This document shows, one piece after another, positions 12,945-24,459 of a DNA stretch of 64,000 nucleotides. A model generated the notes under the pieces. It did no database searches. It saw nothing but the letters and a program-made list of their open reading frames with translations, and had not been told where the DNA came from. Source of the DNA: Squalus acanthias (lineage: Eukaryota); NCBI GenBank assembly GCA_030390025.1, contig JASTWF010000327.1, positions 310,001 to 374,000 on the forward strand. Direction: 5' to 3'. Made by a program: the position numbers and the translations under genes. Numbering within the stretch: the stretch's first letter is position 1; each line of letters begins with the position of its first letter.

Positions 12945-13355
12945 TGACTCTGGCTGGGGTCAGTTCTACACTCACTGGTTCTCCTCCCTCTCCTCCCCTG
13001 AAGGTGCTGACTCTGGCTGGGTTCAGTTCGACACTCACTGGTTCCTCTCCCTCTCCTCCCCTGAAGGTGCTGACTCTGTCTGGGTTCAGTTCCACACTCA
13101 CTGGTTCCCCTCCCTCTCCTCCCCTGAAGGTGCTGACTCTGGCTGGGTTCAGTTCTACACTCACTGGTTCCCCTCCCTCTCCTCCCCTGAAGGTGCTGAC
13201 TCTGGCTGGATTCAGTTCTACACTCACTGGTTCCCCTCCCTCTCCTCCCCTGAAGGTGCTGACTCTGGCTGGGTTCAGTTCCACACTCACTGGTTCCCCT
13301 CCCTCTCCTCCCCTGAAGGTGCTGACTCTGACTGGGTTCAGTTCGACACTCACTC
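12945..13355. repeat. 63-bp minisatellite (CTGAAGGTGCTGACTCTGGCTGGGTTCAGTTCTACACTCACTGGTTCCCC...)
   Basis: About 6.5 tandem copies; same family at 23775, 42336 and 51394. Confidence 0.95.
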
Positions 13356-13558
13356 GTTCCTCACCTTATGAACTACTTCGGGCACTTTGTTGAACACACA
13401 CACAGCAGACGCACATTAATCTGATGGGAGATCACTGACACACGAGCAGCCAGCGGTGTGGAGCCATCCCGAGAGTCCGGCTCCCTGACTCGCTGGGGAT
13501 TTCCCAGCACTTCCTGGTTGTCCCGGAGTTTGTGTCTTAAACTGGCGGGTATTTGTGG

Positions 13559-13893
13559 GGAGGCGGATAATGTTGAGTGTTTTAATAATGGGGCCTGGGG
13601 CCGCACTCGGGGTGTGTGCAGCCCGCGTCCCCCCGGGGTTTATTAACCCGCTCCCTGAGCTCTCTCAGCTCACATTGCCCGGGTGATTGACGGGAGCTCC
13701 GGACCAATAGGAAGAGCGGGGCGGGCCTGGAGGACCGAGCGGGCGGCGGGTCCTCCAACCAATCGGAGTGTGTTAGGGGCGGGGCTTGACCTTTAAACCT
13801 GAACAACAGAAGGTGAGCTGAGCATGCGCGGGCTGCACACACCCCGAGTGCGGCCCCAGGCCCCATTATAAGATCAGTGAACATTATCCGCCT
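13559..13893. promoter_or_regulatory. Eroded palindromic bidirectional promoter (copy A) between divergent ZNFs
   Basis: Same CCAAT/GC-box core as 24599-24737; each inverted arm carries an internal deletion. Confidence 0.65.
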
Positions 13894-13966
13894 CCACCCG
13901 CGGGTTCCCGTTTCGCTCCGGCCCGAATCTCAACAAAGCGCCAAACTCCGGGACAGACAGGAAGTG

Positions 13967-14176
13967 AGTCAGGGAGCGTCTGTAAATGGAGGAGAAATGG
14001 GGACTGGTCAGGGAGCGTCTGTAAATGGAGGAGAAATGGTGACTGGTCAGGGAGCGTCTGTCAATGAAGGAGAAATGGTGACTGGTCAGGGAGCGTCTGT
14101 AAATGGAGGAGAAATGGTGACTGGTCAGGGAGTGTCTGTAAATGGAGGAGAAGTGGAGACTAGTCAGGGAGCGTCC
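13967..14176. repeat. 39-bp minisatellite GGAGAAATGGTGACTGGTCAGGGAGCGTCTGTAAATGGA
   Basis: About 5 copies; inverted array at 24045-24375. Confidence 0.95.
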
Positions 14177-14199
14177 TTCACCTAAACTGAGAAATATTA

Positions 14200-14380
14200 T
14201 GATGTGGAGATGCTGGTGTTGGACTGGGGTGGACAAATGTGAGAAGTCGCACCATACCAGGTTATAGTCCAACAGTTTTATTTGAAATCACAAGCTTTCG
14301 GAGCGCTGCTCCTTCACCTGACGAAGGAGCAGCGCTCAGAAAGCTTGTGATTTCAAATAAAACTGTTGGTCTATAACCTG
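14200..14380. mobile_element. Palindromic Penelope-like fragment with a hammerhead-like motif
   Basis: ~60-bp inverted arms within 14258-14380; CTGACGA-AGGAGC-AGC-GCTCA-GAAA; TSD GAGAAATATTA at 14189-14199 and 14381-14391. Confidence 0.75.
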
Positions 14381-14590
14381 GAGAAATATTACACGGGGAC
14401 AATTTATAGGGAAGGACCGAGTGTGGGAAAGGGGGTTTTAGAAGTCCGGAATTAAAATGAAAATATTGTCAAAATGAAAATATTGTCATGATTAAATTAG
14501 ATTACTGGGGAGTAACCATATATGTGTTCTGTGTTTAGACGAGGCTTCAACCGATTGTCCAACCTGTAGAGACACAAGGACACCCGCACC

Positions 14591-16404
14591 ATGGAGAAAC
14601 CGTGCAAATGTGGGGACTGTGGGAAGGGATTCTCTTGCCCATCTGAGCTGGAAACTCATCGGCGCAGTCACACCGGGGAGAGGCCGTTCACCTGCTCTGT
14701 GTGTGGGAAGGGATTCACTCGTTCATGGAACCTCACTGAACACCAGCGCATTCACACCGGGGAGAGGCCATTCACCTGCTCGGTGTGTGGGAAGGGATTC
14801 ATTTCTTCATCCCACCTCATTACACACCAGCTTGTTCACACTGATGATAGATCTTTTAAATGTTCTGACTGTGAGAAGAGCTTTAAAAGCAGAAATTCTT
14901 TGCTGGCACACCAACGCACTCACACAGGGGAAAGGCCATTCACCTGCTCCGTGTGTGCGAAGGGATTTGCTCGTTCATCCAACTTGCTGGCACACCAACG
15001 CACTCACAGCAGGGAGAGGCCGTTCACCTGCTCCGTGTGTGGGAAGGGATTCACAGAGTCTGCCAATCTCACTGCACACCAACTTGTTCACACCAAGAAG
15101 AGACTTTAGAATGTTCCGACTGTGAGAAGAGCTTCAAAAGCACAAGGGATCTGCTGACACACCAGCGAGTTCACACTGGGGAGAGGCCGTTCACCTGCTC
15201 CGTGTGTGGGAAGGGATTCACTTCTTCATCCCACCTCACTACACACCAACTTGTTCACACTGATAAGAGACCTTTTAAATGTTCTGACTGTGAGAAGACC
15301 TTTAAAAGGAAAAATGATCTGCTGGCACACCAACGCACTCACACTGGGGAGAGACCGTTCACCTGCTCCGTGTGTGGAAAGGGATTCATTCGTTCACCCC
15401 ACTTGCTGAGACACCAACGCACTCACACCGGGGAGAGGCCGATAGAGTATAATGTGGGAAAGTGTGAGGTTATCCACTTCGGCAGGAAAAATAAAAAAGC
15501 AAACTATTATTTAAACGGAGAGAGATTACAAAATGCTACAGTTCAGAGGGACCTGGGGGTCCTTGTGCATGAAACACAAAAAGTTAGCATGCAGGTACAG
15601 CAAGTGATCAAAAAGGCAAATGGAATGTTGGCCTTTATTGCAAGGGGGTTGGAGTATAAAAGCAGGGAAGGCCTGCTACAACTGTACAAGGTATTGGTGA
15701 GACCACACCTTGAGTACTGCGTACAGTTTTGGTCTCCTTATTTAAGGAAGGATATACTTGCATTGGAGGCAGTTCAGAGACGATTCACTAGGTTAATTCC
15801 AGAGATGAGGGGTTTGACTTATGAGGAAAGGTTGAGCAGGCTGGGCCTATACTCATTGGAATTTAAAAGAATGAGAGGTGATCTTATTGAAACATATAAG
15901 ATACTGAGGGGGCTCGACAAGGTAGATGCAGAGAGGATGTTTCCCCTCGTGGGGAAATCTAGAACGCGGGGGCACAGTTTTAGAACTGAGATGAGGAGGA
16001 ATTTCTTCTCTCAGAGGGTCGTAAATCTGTGGAATTCTCTGCCCCAGAGAGCTGTGGAGGCTGGGTCATTAAATACATTTAAGGTGGAGATAGACAAATT
16101 TTTGCAAGATAAGGGAGTGAAGGGTTATGGGGAGAGGGCTGGGAAGTGGCTTTGAGCCCAAGATCAGCCATGATCTTATTGAATGGTGGAGCAGGCTCGA
16201 GGGGCCAAGTGGCCTATTCCTGCTCCTATTTCTTATGTTCTTATGTTCACCTGCTCCGTGTGTGGGAAGAGATTCACAGAGTCTGCCATCCTCACTGCAC
16301 ACCAACTTGTTCACACTGATAAGAGATCATTTAAATGTTCTGAATGTGAGAAGAGCTTTAAAAGCACAAGGGATCTGCTGAAACACCAGCGAGTTCACAG
16401 GTGA
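14591..16404 (+). pseudogene. C2H2 ZNF of originally 12 fingers; frameshift at ~15105 (6-finger ORF 14591-15109) and a CR1 insertion
   Basis: MEKPCKCGDCGK start; fingers resume at 16246 and end HQRVHR-TGA at 16404, followed by the family 3' UTR. Confidence 0.85.
15442..16244 (+). mobile_element. 5'-truncated CR1 inserted in the ZNF linker TGERP|F
   Basis: EYNVGKCEVIHFG...GYGERAGKW and a TTCTTATG tail; near-identical to the 3' part of 26978-28165. Confidence 0.95.
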
Positions 16405-17142
16405 CTGCAGGGGTTGTATTCTGCTGTTATTGCTGCTGTTAATCACATTCAGGACTGAACCATGTTCATTCTGATAGTTGGGGTTTGTTTCTGATGTTAA
16501 TAACTCCCTAACTGGGCTGGAGTTTAATCTTCTGGATATATGCCAAATAAATCAGCTTTGTTTCCAACACACAGTGTGTCGAGTCCTTGACGTCTCCAAG
16601 ATAAGAGGAGACTAATTGATGTCCTGTTACCTGCCTGCTCCATTTTTGGGCCTTTTCACCTTTCTAACTCTAGATTATTTCAGTTCTCATACCTTCGGTT
16701 ATTCTCATGGACAAGTCCCAGCTCCCCAAACATTCCAGAGTGCCTCTCCTAGCCTTGGTATCCAGGGAAGGTCTTGGTAACACGCCCGGGATCAATAAAC
16801 ACAAAACCCAGTCTGTTAATCACTTTCAGCGACTGGACTTAGCGTGTGACCCACAGCATCTCTCTCACCTTCGATGTGTGAATAGAGCATCACGCCTGCA
16901 AACCTGGTTTAGATTTAAATTAACTCAGGAAATGTATTTAACAGAAGATCAACAAGGAAACACATCACGGCCCAATAATCCAGCTCTACATTCACAAGAG
17001 GAAGTCTGTTATCTAACTCCTCGAGTGGACAAAATAAAGAAAGATCCCAAATGTAAGGGCCCCTCGAATACTTTAATACCTTTCAAATCGTGACCGGTTC
17101 CTCCTTATTCTAGAATTCCCCATCCGTGTGGGAGTTGATATT

Positions 17143-17216
17143 GGTCAGTTTGCTCAGATGGTTCGAGCATGGTGCTAATAACGCCAACGTCGCGGGTTCA
17201 ATCCCCGCCCTGATGA
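17143..17216 (+). pseudogene. tRNA-Ile(AAT)-derived pseudogene, head of a chimeric retrocopy
   Basis: GGTCAGTTTGCTCAGATGGTTCGAGCATGGTGCTAATAACGCCAACGTCGCGGGTTCAATCCCCG resembles vertebrate tRNA-Ile-AAT; mismatches in the acceptor stem. Confidence 0.85.
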
Positions 17217-17717
17217 GCTACGCTGTTTCGGCACGGGCTCGACGGGCCGAATGGCCTCCTTCTGTGCTGGAACCATTGATTCTATGGTCAAAATCTGCTC
17301 ATTGGAAATTTCTCACTGATTTTTCTGATTCGAATTTCAAGCTGACCAGTTCCTTCACTGAGAATCTCCAAGGGGACTCTGATTTAAACACAGCTCTCCC
17401 CTCATTTATATCCGGGATTAGAGTTTACGGGAATTTGAATACCTGACCACTCAAATTTAAAAGGGTCCGTCAGTGATATACAGACTGAACCAATCACACA
17501 GCTCTGGGTCAGTTTGAATTATTCCTCTCTCCAGCCTGTAACCGATGAAATTTGTAACACTGAGGCTGAAATTCCACTTCCGTGCGCCGGGGGTGCAGGC
17601 AGTGCTGGGCACAGAGGGAGCAGCAAACCGGGTTGAGAGAGGGCACAGTGGGCCGGCCCTTGACCTGGGTTTTACGGTGAGCATGTGCTGGGGCCCAAGC
17701 TCATTGCCAACGTATGC

Positions 17718-18710
17718 ATTCCAACCCTGGGACTGTACATGGGGATTCCAGCCCTGGGACTGTACATGGGGATTCTAACCCTGGGACTGTACATGGGGAT
17801 TCCAGCCCTGGGACTGTCCATGGGGATTCCAGCCCTGGGACTGTACATGGGGATTCTAACCCTGGGACTGTACATGGGGATTCTAACCCTGACACTGTAC
17901 ATGGGGATTCCAAACCCTGGGACTGTACATGGAGATTCTAAACCTGGGACTGTACATGGGGATTCTAACCCTGGGACTGTACATGGGGATTCTAACCTTG
18001 AGACTGTACATGGGGATTCTAACCCTGGGACTGTACATGGGGATTCCAGCCCTGGGACTGTACATGGGGATTCTAACCCTGGGACTGTACATGGGGATTC
18101 TAACCCTGGGACTGTACATGGGGATTCTAACCCTGAGACTGTACATGGGGATTCTAACCCTGGGACTGTACATGGTGATTCTAACCCTGGGACTGTACAT
18201 GGGGATTCTAACCTTGAGACTGTACATGGTGATTCTAACCCTGGGACTGTACATGGGGATTCTAACCCTGGGACTGTACGTGGGGATTCTAACCCAAGGA
18301 CTGTACATGGGGATTCCAACCCTGGGACTGTACGCGGGGATTCTAACCCTGGGACTGTACGTGGGGATTCAAACCCTGGGACTGTACATGGGGATTCCAA
18401 CCCTGGGACTGTACATGGGGATTCTAACCCTGGGACTGTACATGGGGATTCTGAACCTGGGACTGTACATGGGGATTCTAACCCTGGGACTGTACATGGG
18501 GATTCTGACCCTGGGACTGTACATGGGGATTCTAACCCTGGGACTGTACATGGGGATTCTAACCTTGGGACTGTACATGGGTATTCTAACCCTGGAACTG
18601 TACATGGGGATTCTAACCCTGGGACTGTACATGGGGATTCTAACCCTGGGACTGTACATGGGTATTCTAACCCTGGGACTGTACATGGGGATTCTAACGC
18701 TGGGACTGCA
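17718..18710. repeat. 27-bp minisatellite CTGGGACTGTACATGGGGATTCTAACC
   Basis: About 36 tandem copies. Confidence 0.97.
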
Positions 18711-18714
18711 CATC

Positions 18715-19083
18715 TGGGCCCTGAATTTAGTGTTGCAGTGCAAATAGTCCCTGGATTTGTTGTCCCATCACAAATCGGCCCTGGGTTAGGTGTCATAGTG
18801 TAAATGGTCCCTGGATTTGGTGTCAGAGTGTAAGTGGTCACATGATTTAGTGTCTCAGTGTAAATGTTTCCTCAATTAGGTGTCATTGTATAAGTGGTCT
18901 CTAGATTTGGTGTCATAGTGCAAATGGTCTATTGATTTGGTGTCACACTGTAAGTGGTCCCTGGATGTTTTTGTCACAGTGTAAGTGATCCCTGGATTTG
19001 GTGTCTCAATGTAACTAGTCCCTGGATTTGGTGTCTCTGTGCAAGTGGACCCTGGATTTGATGTCACACTGTAAGTGGTCCCT
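18715..19083. repeat. Degenerate ~30-bp tandem repeat (GTAAGTGGTCCCTGGATTTGGTGTCACAGT-like)
   Basis: Recurrent CCTGGATTTGGTGTC at ~30-bp spacing. Confidence 0.8.
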
Positions 19084-20068
19084 AAATTTAAATAAAGGAA
19101 ACGACGATGGTATGAGGTGCGAGTTGGGTAGGATTGATTGGGGAATGTCGCTCAAAGGGTTGACGGTGGATAGGCAATGGCAAACATTCAAAGACCGCAT
19201 GGATGAACTACAGAATTTGTTCATCCCAGTTTGGCATAAGAATAAAACAAAAAAGGTGACTCAACCGTGGCTAACAAGGGAAATTAGGGATAGCATAAGA
19301 TCCAAGGAGAGGACATATAAATTGGCCAGAAAAAGCAGTAAACCTGAGGATTGGGAACAGTTTAAGAATCAACAAAGGAGGACAAAGGGATTAATTAAGA
19401 AGGGGAAAATAGAATATGAGAGGAAGCTTTCTGGGAACATAAAATCTGACTGTAAAAGCTTTTATAGATATGTGAAGAGAAAAAGATTGGTGAAGTCAAG
19501 CGTAGGTCCCTTGCAGTCAGAATCAGGGGAACTTATAATGGGGAACAAAGAAATGGCAGACCAATTACATACATATTTTGGTTCTGTCTTCACAAAGGAG
19601 GACACAAATAACCTCCCAGAGATGTCGGGGAACATAGGGTCTGATGAAAGGGAGGAACTGAAAGAAATCAGTATTTGTAGGGAAATGGTGTTAGGGAAAT
19701 TGACATAATTGAAGGCCGATAAATCCCCAGGGCCTGATAATTTACATCCTAGGGTACTTAAGGAAGTGGCCCGAGAAATAGTAGATGCATTGCTGGTCAT
19801 CTTCCAAAATTCTATAGACTGTGGAGCAGTTCCCATGGATTGGAGGGTAGCTAATGTAACCCCACTATTTAAAAAAGGTGGTAGAGAAAAAATGGGGAAT
19901 TATAGACCGGTAAGCCTGACAGCGGTAGTGGGCAAAATGCTGGAGTCCATTATAAAAGATGTAATAGCAGAGCACTTGGAAAAGAGTGACAGGACGGGAC
20001 AAAGTTAACATGGATTTACAAAAGGTAAATCATGCTTGACTAATCTACTGGAATTTTTTGAGGATGTA
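19082..20068 (+). mobile_element. CR1 ORF2 internal fragment with stop codons
   Basis: QPWLTREI, KSPGPDNLHPRVLKE, NYRPVSLT. Confidence 0.93.
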
Positions 20069-20121
20069 AGGGGGAGAGGCGGAAAGTTTTAGGGAGGGAA
20101 TTCCAGAGCTGAAGGCCAAGT

Positions 20122-21240
20122 TCTCTTTCACCCCTACTCTCCAACCCCCCTCACCCCAACTCCTCTTTCACCCCTACTCTCCAACCCCCCTCACCCCAAC
20201 TCCTCTTTCACCCCTACTCTCCAACCCCCCCTCACCCCAACTCCTCTTTCACCCCTACTCTCCAACCCCCCTCACCCCAACTCCTCTTTCACCCCTACTC
20301 TCCAACCCCCCTCACCCCAACTCCTCTTTCACCCCTACTCTCCAACCCCCCTCACCCCAACTCCTCTTTCACCCCTACTCTCCAACCCCCTCACCCCAAC
20401 TCCTCTTTCACCCCTACTCTCCAACCCCCTCACCCCAACTCCTCTTTCACCCCTACTCTCCAACCCCCTCACCCCAACTCCTCTTTCACCCCTACTCTCC
20501 AACCCCCTCACCCCAACTCCTCTTTCACCCCTACTCTCCAACCCCCTCACCCCAACTCCTCTTTCACCCCTACTCTCCAACCCCCCTCACCCCAACTCCT
20601 CTTTCACCCCTACTCTCCAACCCCCCTCACCCCAACTCCTCTTTCACCCCTACTCTCCAACCCCCCTCACCCCAACTCCTCTTTCACCCCTACTCTCCAA
20701 CCCCCCTCACCCCAACTCCTCTTTCACCCCTACTCTCCAACCCCCTCACCCCAACTCCTCTTTCACCCCTACTCTCCAACCCCCCTCACCCCAACTCCTC
20801 TTTCACCCCTACTCTCCAACCCCCTCACCCCAACTCCTCTTTCACCCCTACTCTCCAACCCCCCTCACCCCAACTCCTCTTTCACCCCTACTCTCCAACC
20901 CCCTCACCCCAACTCCTCTTTCACCCCTACTCTCCAACCCCCTCACCCCAACTCCTCTTTCACCCCTACTCTCCAACCCTCCTCACCCCAACTCCTCTTT
21001 CACCCCTACTCTCCAACCCCCTCACCCCAACTCCTCTTTCACCCCTACTCTCCAACCCCCCTCACCCCAACTCCTCTTTCACCCCTACTCTCCAACCCCC
21101 TCACCCCAACTCCTCTTTCACCCCTACTCTCCAACCCCCTCACCCCAACTCCTCTTTCACCCCTACTCTCCAACCCCCTCACCCCAACTCCTCTTTCACC
21201 CCCACTCGCCAACCCCCTCACCTCAACTCTCCAACCACAC
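20122..21240. repeat. 39/40-bp C-rich minisatellite CTCCTCTTTCACCCCTACTCTCCAACCCCC(C)TCACCCCAA
   Basis: About 28 copies; almost no G on the + strand. Confidence 0.97.
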
Positions 21241-21399
21241 TCTCGCATTTACAAATGATTCTGCAGGTTCTTCTGGTTGGGATCTTTCTTTATTCTGTCC
21301 ACTCGAGGAGTGTGATAACAGACTTTCTCCTGTGAATATAGAGCTGGAGTATTGGGCAGTGATGTGTTTATTTGTTCATCTTGTTGAGTCTAAAGATTG

Positions 21400-21771
21400 A
21401 GTCTTGTGCTTTCAGACACGAGATAATCAAGCTCACAACAACAGATTGTCTTTCACTGACTTTATTAACAGCCCTGCAAAGATACAGACAGAGTATAGTT
21501 ACCCGATCCGGAGAACAGGGATAATACAGTGGATTCAGAGCTCTCTTCTCCCCAGGTCTGTTCTAACAAGCTGCGACTACACTGGCGATATTTATATTTA
21601 ACTTGTTTACTACATTATTGACCTGGCCCTGCCCAAACCATAACCACAAGGATATCTGTGCATTGTTCTGACTGTGACCACAAGGCTGTGTCACTATCAC
21701 ACACACACACCGTTTCCTTCTCTCACATCTCCATACACAGACCATCTCTTTACACATCCCCTTTCTACACA
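21400..21771 (-). mobile_element. Possible solo LTR
   Basis: Minus strand begins TGT, has TATAAA (~21592) then AATAAA (~21462); flanked by ATTG/ATTG; the 3' CA is not intact. Confidence 0.35.
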
Positions 21772-22522
21772 ATTGCAGCCGACATGAGCAAGGACGTGAG
21801 GCTCATTAAAAGACACACTCATTTCATGACAGCAAAGGTTACACTGGGACAAATCTTCAGTTATTTTCCATTACAGGCAAAATGCAGAGCGGTCCAGCAG
21901 CACATGGCACCTTAACAGAGTCTCATCGGCCTACATAGAGAGCTGGAGGATGGGCCGTGATCTGTTTACTTGTTCATCTCTTGTTCAATACATTTGCTGA
22001 GCGCATTTAAATTGAAAACCAGGTTTGCAGGTGTGATTCTCTATTCACACATCGAAGGTGAGAGAGATGCTGTGGGTCACACGCTAAGTCCAGTAGCTGG
22101 CAGTGATTAACAGACTGGGTTTTGTGTTCGTGATCCCAGGCGTGTTACCGATACCTTCCCCGGATACCAAGGCTAGGAGAGGCACTCTGGAAGGTATGGG
22201 GAGCTGGGACTTGTCCATGAGAGTAACTGAAAGTATGAGAACTGAAATAATCTAAAGTTAGAAAAGAGAAAAGGCCCCAAAATGGAGCAGTCAGTAACAG
22301 GACATCAATTAGTCTCCTCTTATCTTGGAGAAATCAAATACTCAACACACTGTGTGTTTGAAACAAAGCTGATTTATTTGACAGGTATCAAAATATTAAA
22401 ATCCAGCCCAGTTATAGGGGTTATTAACATCAGCAGAAACAAACCCCAACTGTCAGAATGAACATGGTTCAGTCCTGGATGTGATTAACAGCAGCAATAA
22501 CAGCAGAATCCAACCCCTGCAG

Positions 22523-23197
22523 TCACTTGTGAACTCGCTGGTGTTTCAGCAGGTTAGATGACTGAGTGAATCCCTTCCCACACACAGAGCAGGGAAATGG
22601 CCTCTCCCCAGTGTGAATATGCCGGTGTGTCAGAAGGTGGGATGAACGAGTGAATCCCTTCCCACACGTGGAGCAGGTGAACGGTCTCTCCCCGGTGTGA
22701 GTGCGTTGGTGTTTCAGCAGATCCCTTCTGCTTTTAAAGCTCTGCTCACAGTCAGCACATTTAAATGGTCTCGTATCAGTGTGAACAAGTTGATGTGCAG
22801 TGAGGGTGGATGACTGAGTGAATCTGTTCCCACACACGGAGCAGGTGAACGGCCTCTCCCCGGTGTGAGTGCGTTGGTGTTGCATCAGATACTTTCTGCT
22901 TTTAAAGCTCTGCTCACAGTCAGAACATTTAAATGGTCTCTTATTAGAGTGAACAACTTGGTGTGCAGTGAGGCTGGAGGAGTTAGTGAATCCCTTCCCA
23001 CACACGGAGCAGGTCAACGGCCTCTCCCCAGTGTGAATACGCTGGTGTGTCAGAAGGTGGCATAATTTAGTGAATCCCTTCCCACACACGGAGCAGGTGA
23101 ACGGCCTCTCCCCGGTGTGACTGCGTCGATGAGTTTCCAGCTCAGATGGGTAATTGAATCCCTTCCCACAGTCCCCACATTTCCACGGTTTCTCCAT
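22523..23197 (-). CDS. C2H2 zinc-finger protein, 8 fingers, 224 aa, intact
   Basis: ACCATGG start ([10 protein letters not shown]), TGERPF linkers; acceptor at ~23561; AATAAA in the 3' UTR at ~22375. Confidence 0.85.
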   Translation of the reverse strand: MEKPWKCGDCGKGFNYPSELETHRRSHTGERPFTCSVCGKGFTKLCHLLTHQRIHTGERPLTCSVCGKGFTNSSSLTAHQVVHSNKRPFKCSDCEQSFKSRKYLMQHQRTHTGERPFTCSVCGNRFTQSSTLTAHQLVHTDTRPFKCADCEQSFKSRRDLLKHQRTHTGERPFTCSTCGKGFTRSSHLLTHRHIHTGERPFPCSVCGKGFTQSSNLLKHQRVHK

Positions 23198-24044
23198 GGT
23201 GCGGGCGTCCTTGTGTCTCTCCAGGTTGGATGATCAGTTGAAGCCTCGTCCACACACAGAACACGTGTACGGTTTCTCCCCACTGTGAACGGTGCGATGT
23301 TTTTTCAGGCTGTGTAACTGGTTAAAGCTCTTTCCACAGTCAGTGCACTGGAACACTCTCACTCGGGTGTGTGTGTCTCGGTGCTTTTCCAGTCACACTG
23401 ATGTTTGAAATCTTTCCCCACAGACAGAACAGACAACATTTCTCCTTCCACATTCAAAGGCCGATGATATTCAGGTCCTGATGAATGGAGTGACTCTGTC
23501 AGATCTTGACGTGATGTTTGGTTTGAGTTTCCCGTCTGTAAATCCTCCTCTTTTAACACCCTGTAAAAGGAGTTTACAAAAGTCATCACTGTAAATACAG
23601 GATAGAAATTCAGAACAGACAATTCTAGTTTCTATGGAACATTCTTTCCTCTCTTGTTCCCCGAAAGCTAAAAATCCCCGTCCCACACACTCTCCCTCCT
23701 CCCTGTGCTGAAATCCAAGCCCATCGCACCATCTCCAACATTTTTTCCTCTGCTCCCAGTTTTCTTCCTCCTCTGAAGATGCTGACTCTGGCTGGGTTCA
23801 GTTCTACACTCACTGGTTCCCCACCTTTTGAACTGCTTCGGGCACTTTGTTAAACACACACACAGCAGACGCACATTAATCTGATGGGAGATCACTGACA
23901 CACGAGCAGCCCGTGGTGTGGAGCCTCCTGAGAGTCCGGCCCCTTTCCAGCCAGTATTTACAGGAGCTGGGGCACGGAAAACAGTCTAATTGAAATTAGT
24001 GATATATTTATTCACACAAACCAGCCCCCAAAGTAATGAATAAT

Positions 24045-24375
24045 TTCTCCTTTATTTACAGACGCTCCCTGACCAGTCTCCATTTACAGACGCTCCCTGA
24101 CCAGTCACCATTTCTCCTCCATTTACAGACGCTCCCTGACCAGTCTCCATTTCTCCTCCATTTACAGACGCTCCCTGACCAGTCACCATTTCTCCTCCAT
24201 TTACAGACGCTCCCTGACAAGTCTCCAGTTCTCCTCCATTTACAGACGCTCCCTGACCAGTCACCATTTCTCCTCCATTTACAGACGCTCCCTGACAAGT
24301 CTCCAGTTCTCCTCCATTTACAGACGCTCCCTGACCAGTCACCATTTCTCCTTCATTTGCAGACGCTCCCTGACT
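24045..24375. repeat. 39-bp minisatellite (reverse complement of the 13967 array)
   Basis: About 8 copies of CATTTACAGACGCTCCCTGACCAGTC. Confidence 0.95.
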
Positions 24376-24459
24376 TCCTGTCCGTCCTGGAGTTTGGCGC
24401 GGGGCCCCTTTGCTGAGCGAATCGGGAGAAACCGGGAAGCGGCGGGCGGATAATGTTGA

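Noticed and set aside
12907..13393. ORFs over the 63-bp repeat (also 42.3 and 51.4 kb) and antisense ORFs over LINEs and ZNFs
   Set aside because: Repeat or shadow frames with no independent coding evidence
17143..17216. Functional tRNA-Ile gene
   Set aside because: Acceptor-stem and D-arm mismatches, no T-run terminator, fused to a LINE tail with a TSD
17672..18841. Repetitive ORFs (GLESPCTVP / NPGTVHGDS)n, also at 36, 49 and 59 kb
   Set aside because: 27-bp VNTR with variable copy number, open in several frames, no gene context
23230..23400. Selenocysteine recoding of the shared TGAs
   Set aside because: The TGAs occupy helix positions (Arg CGA in one paralog), not Cys ligands; no SECIS recognised
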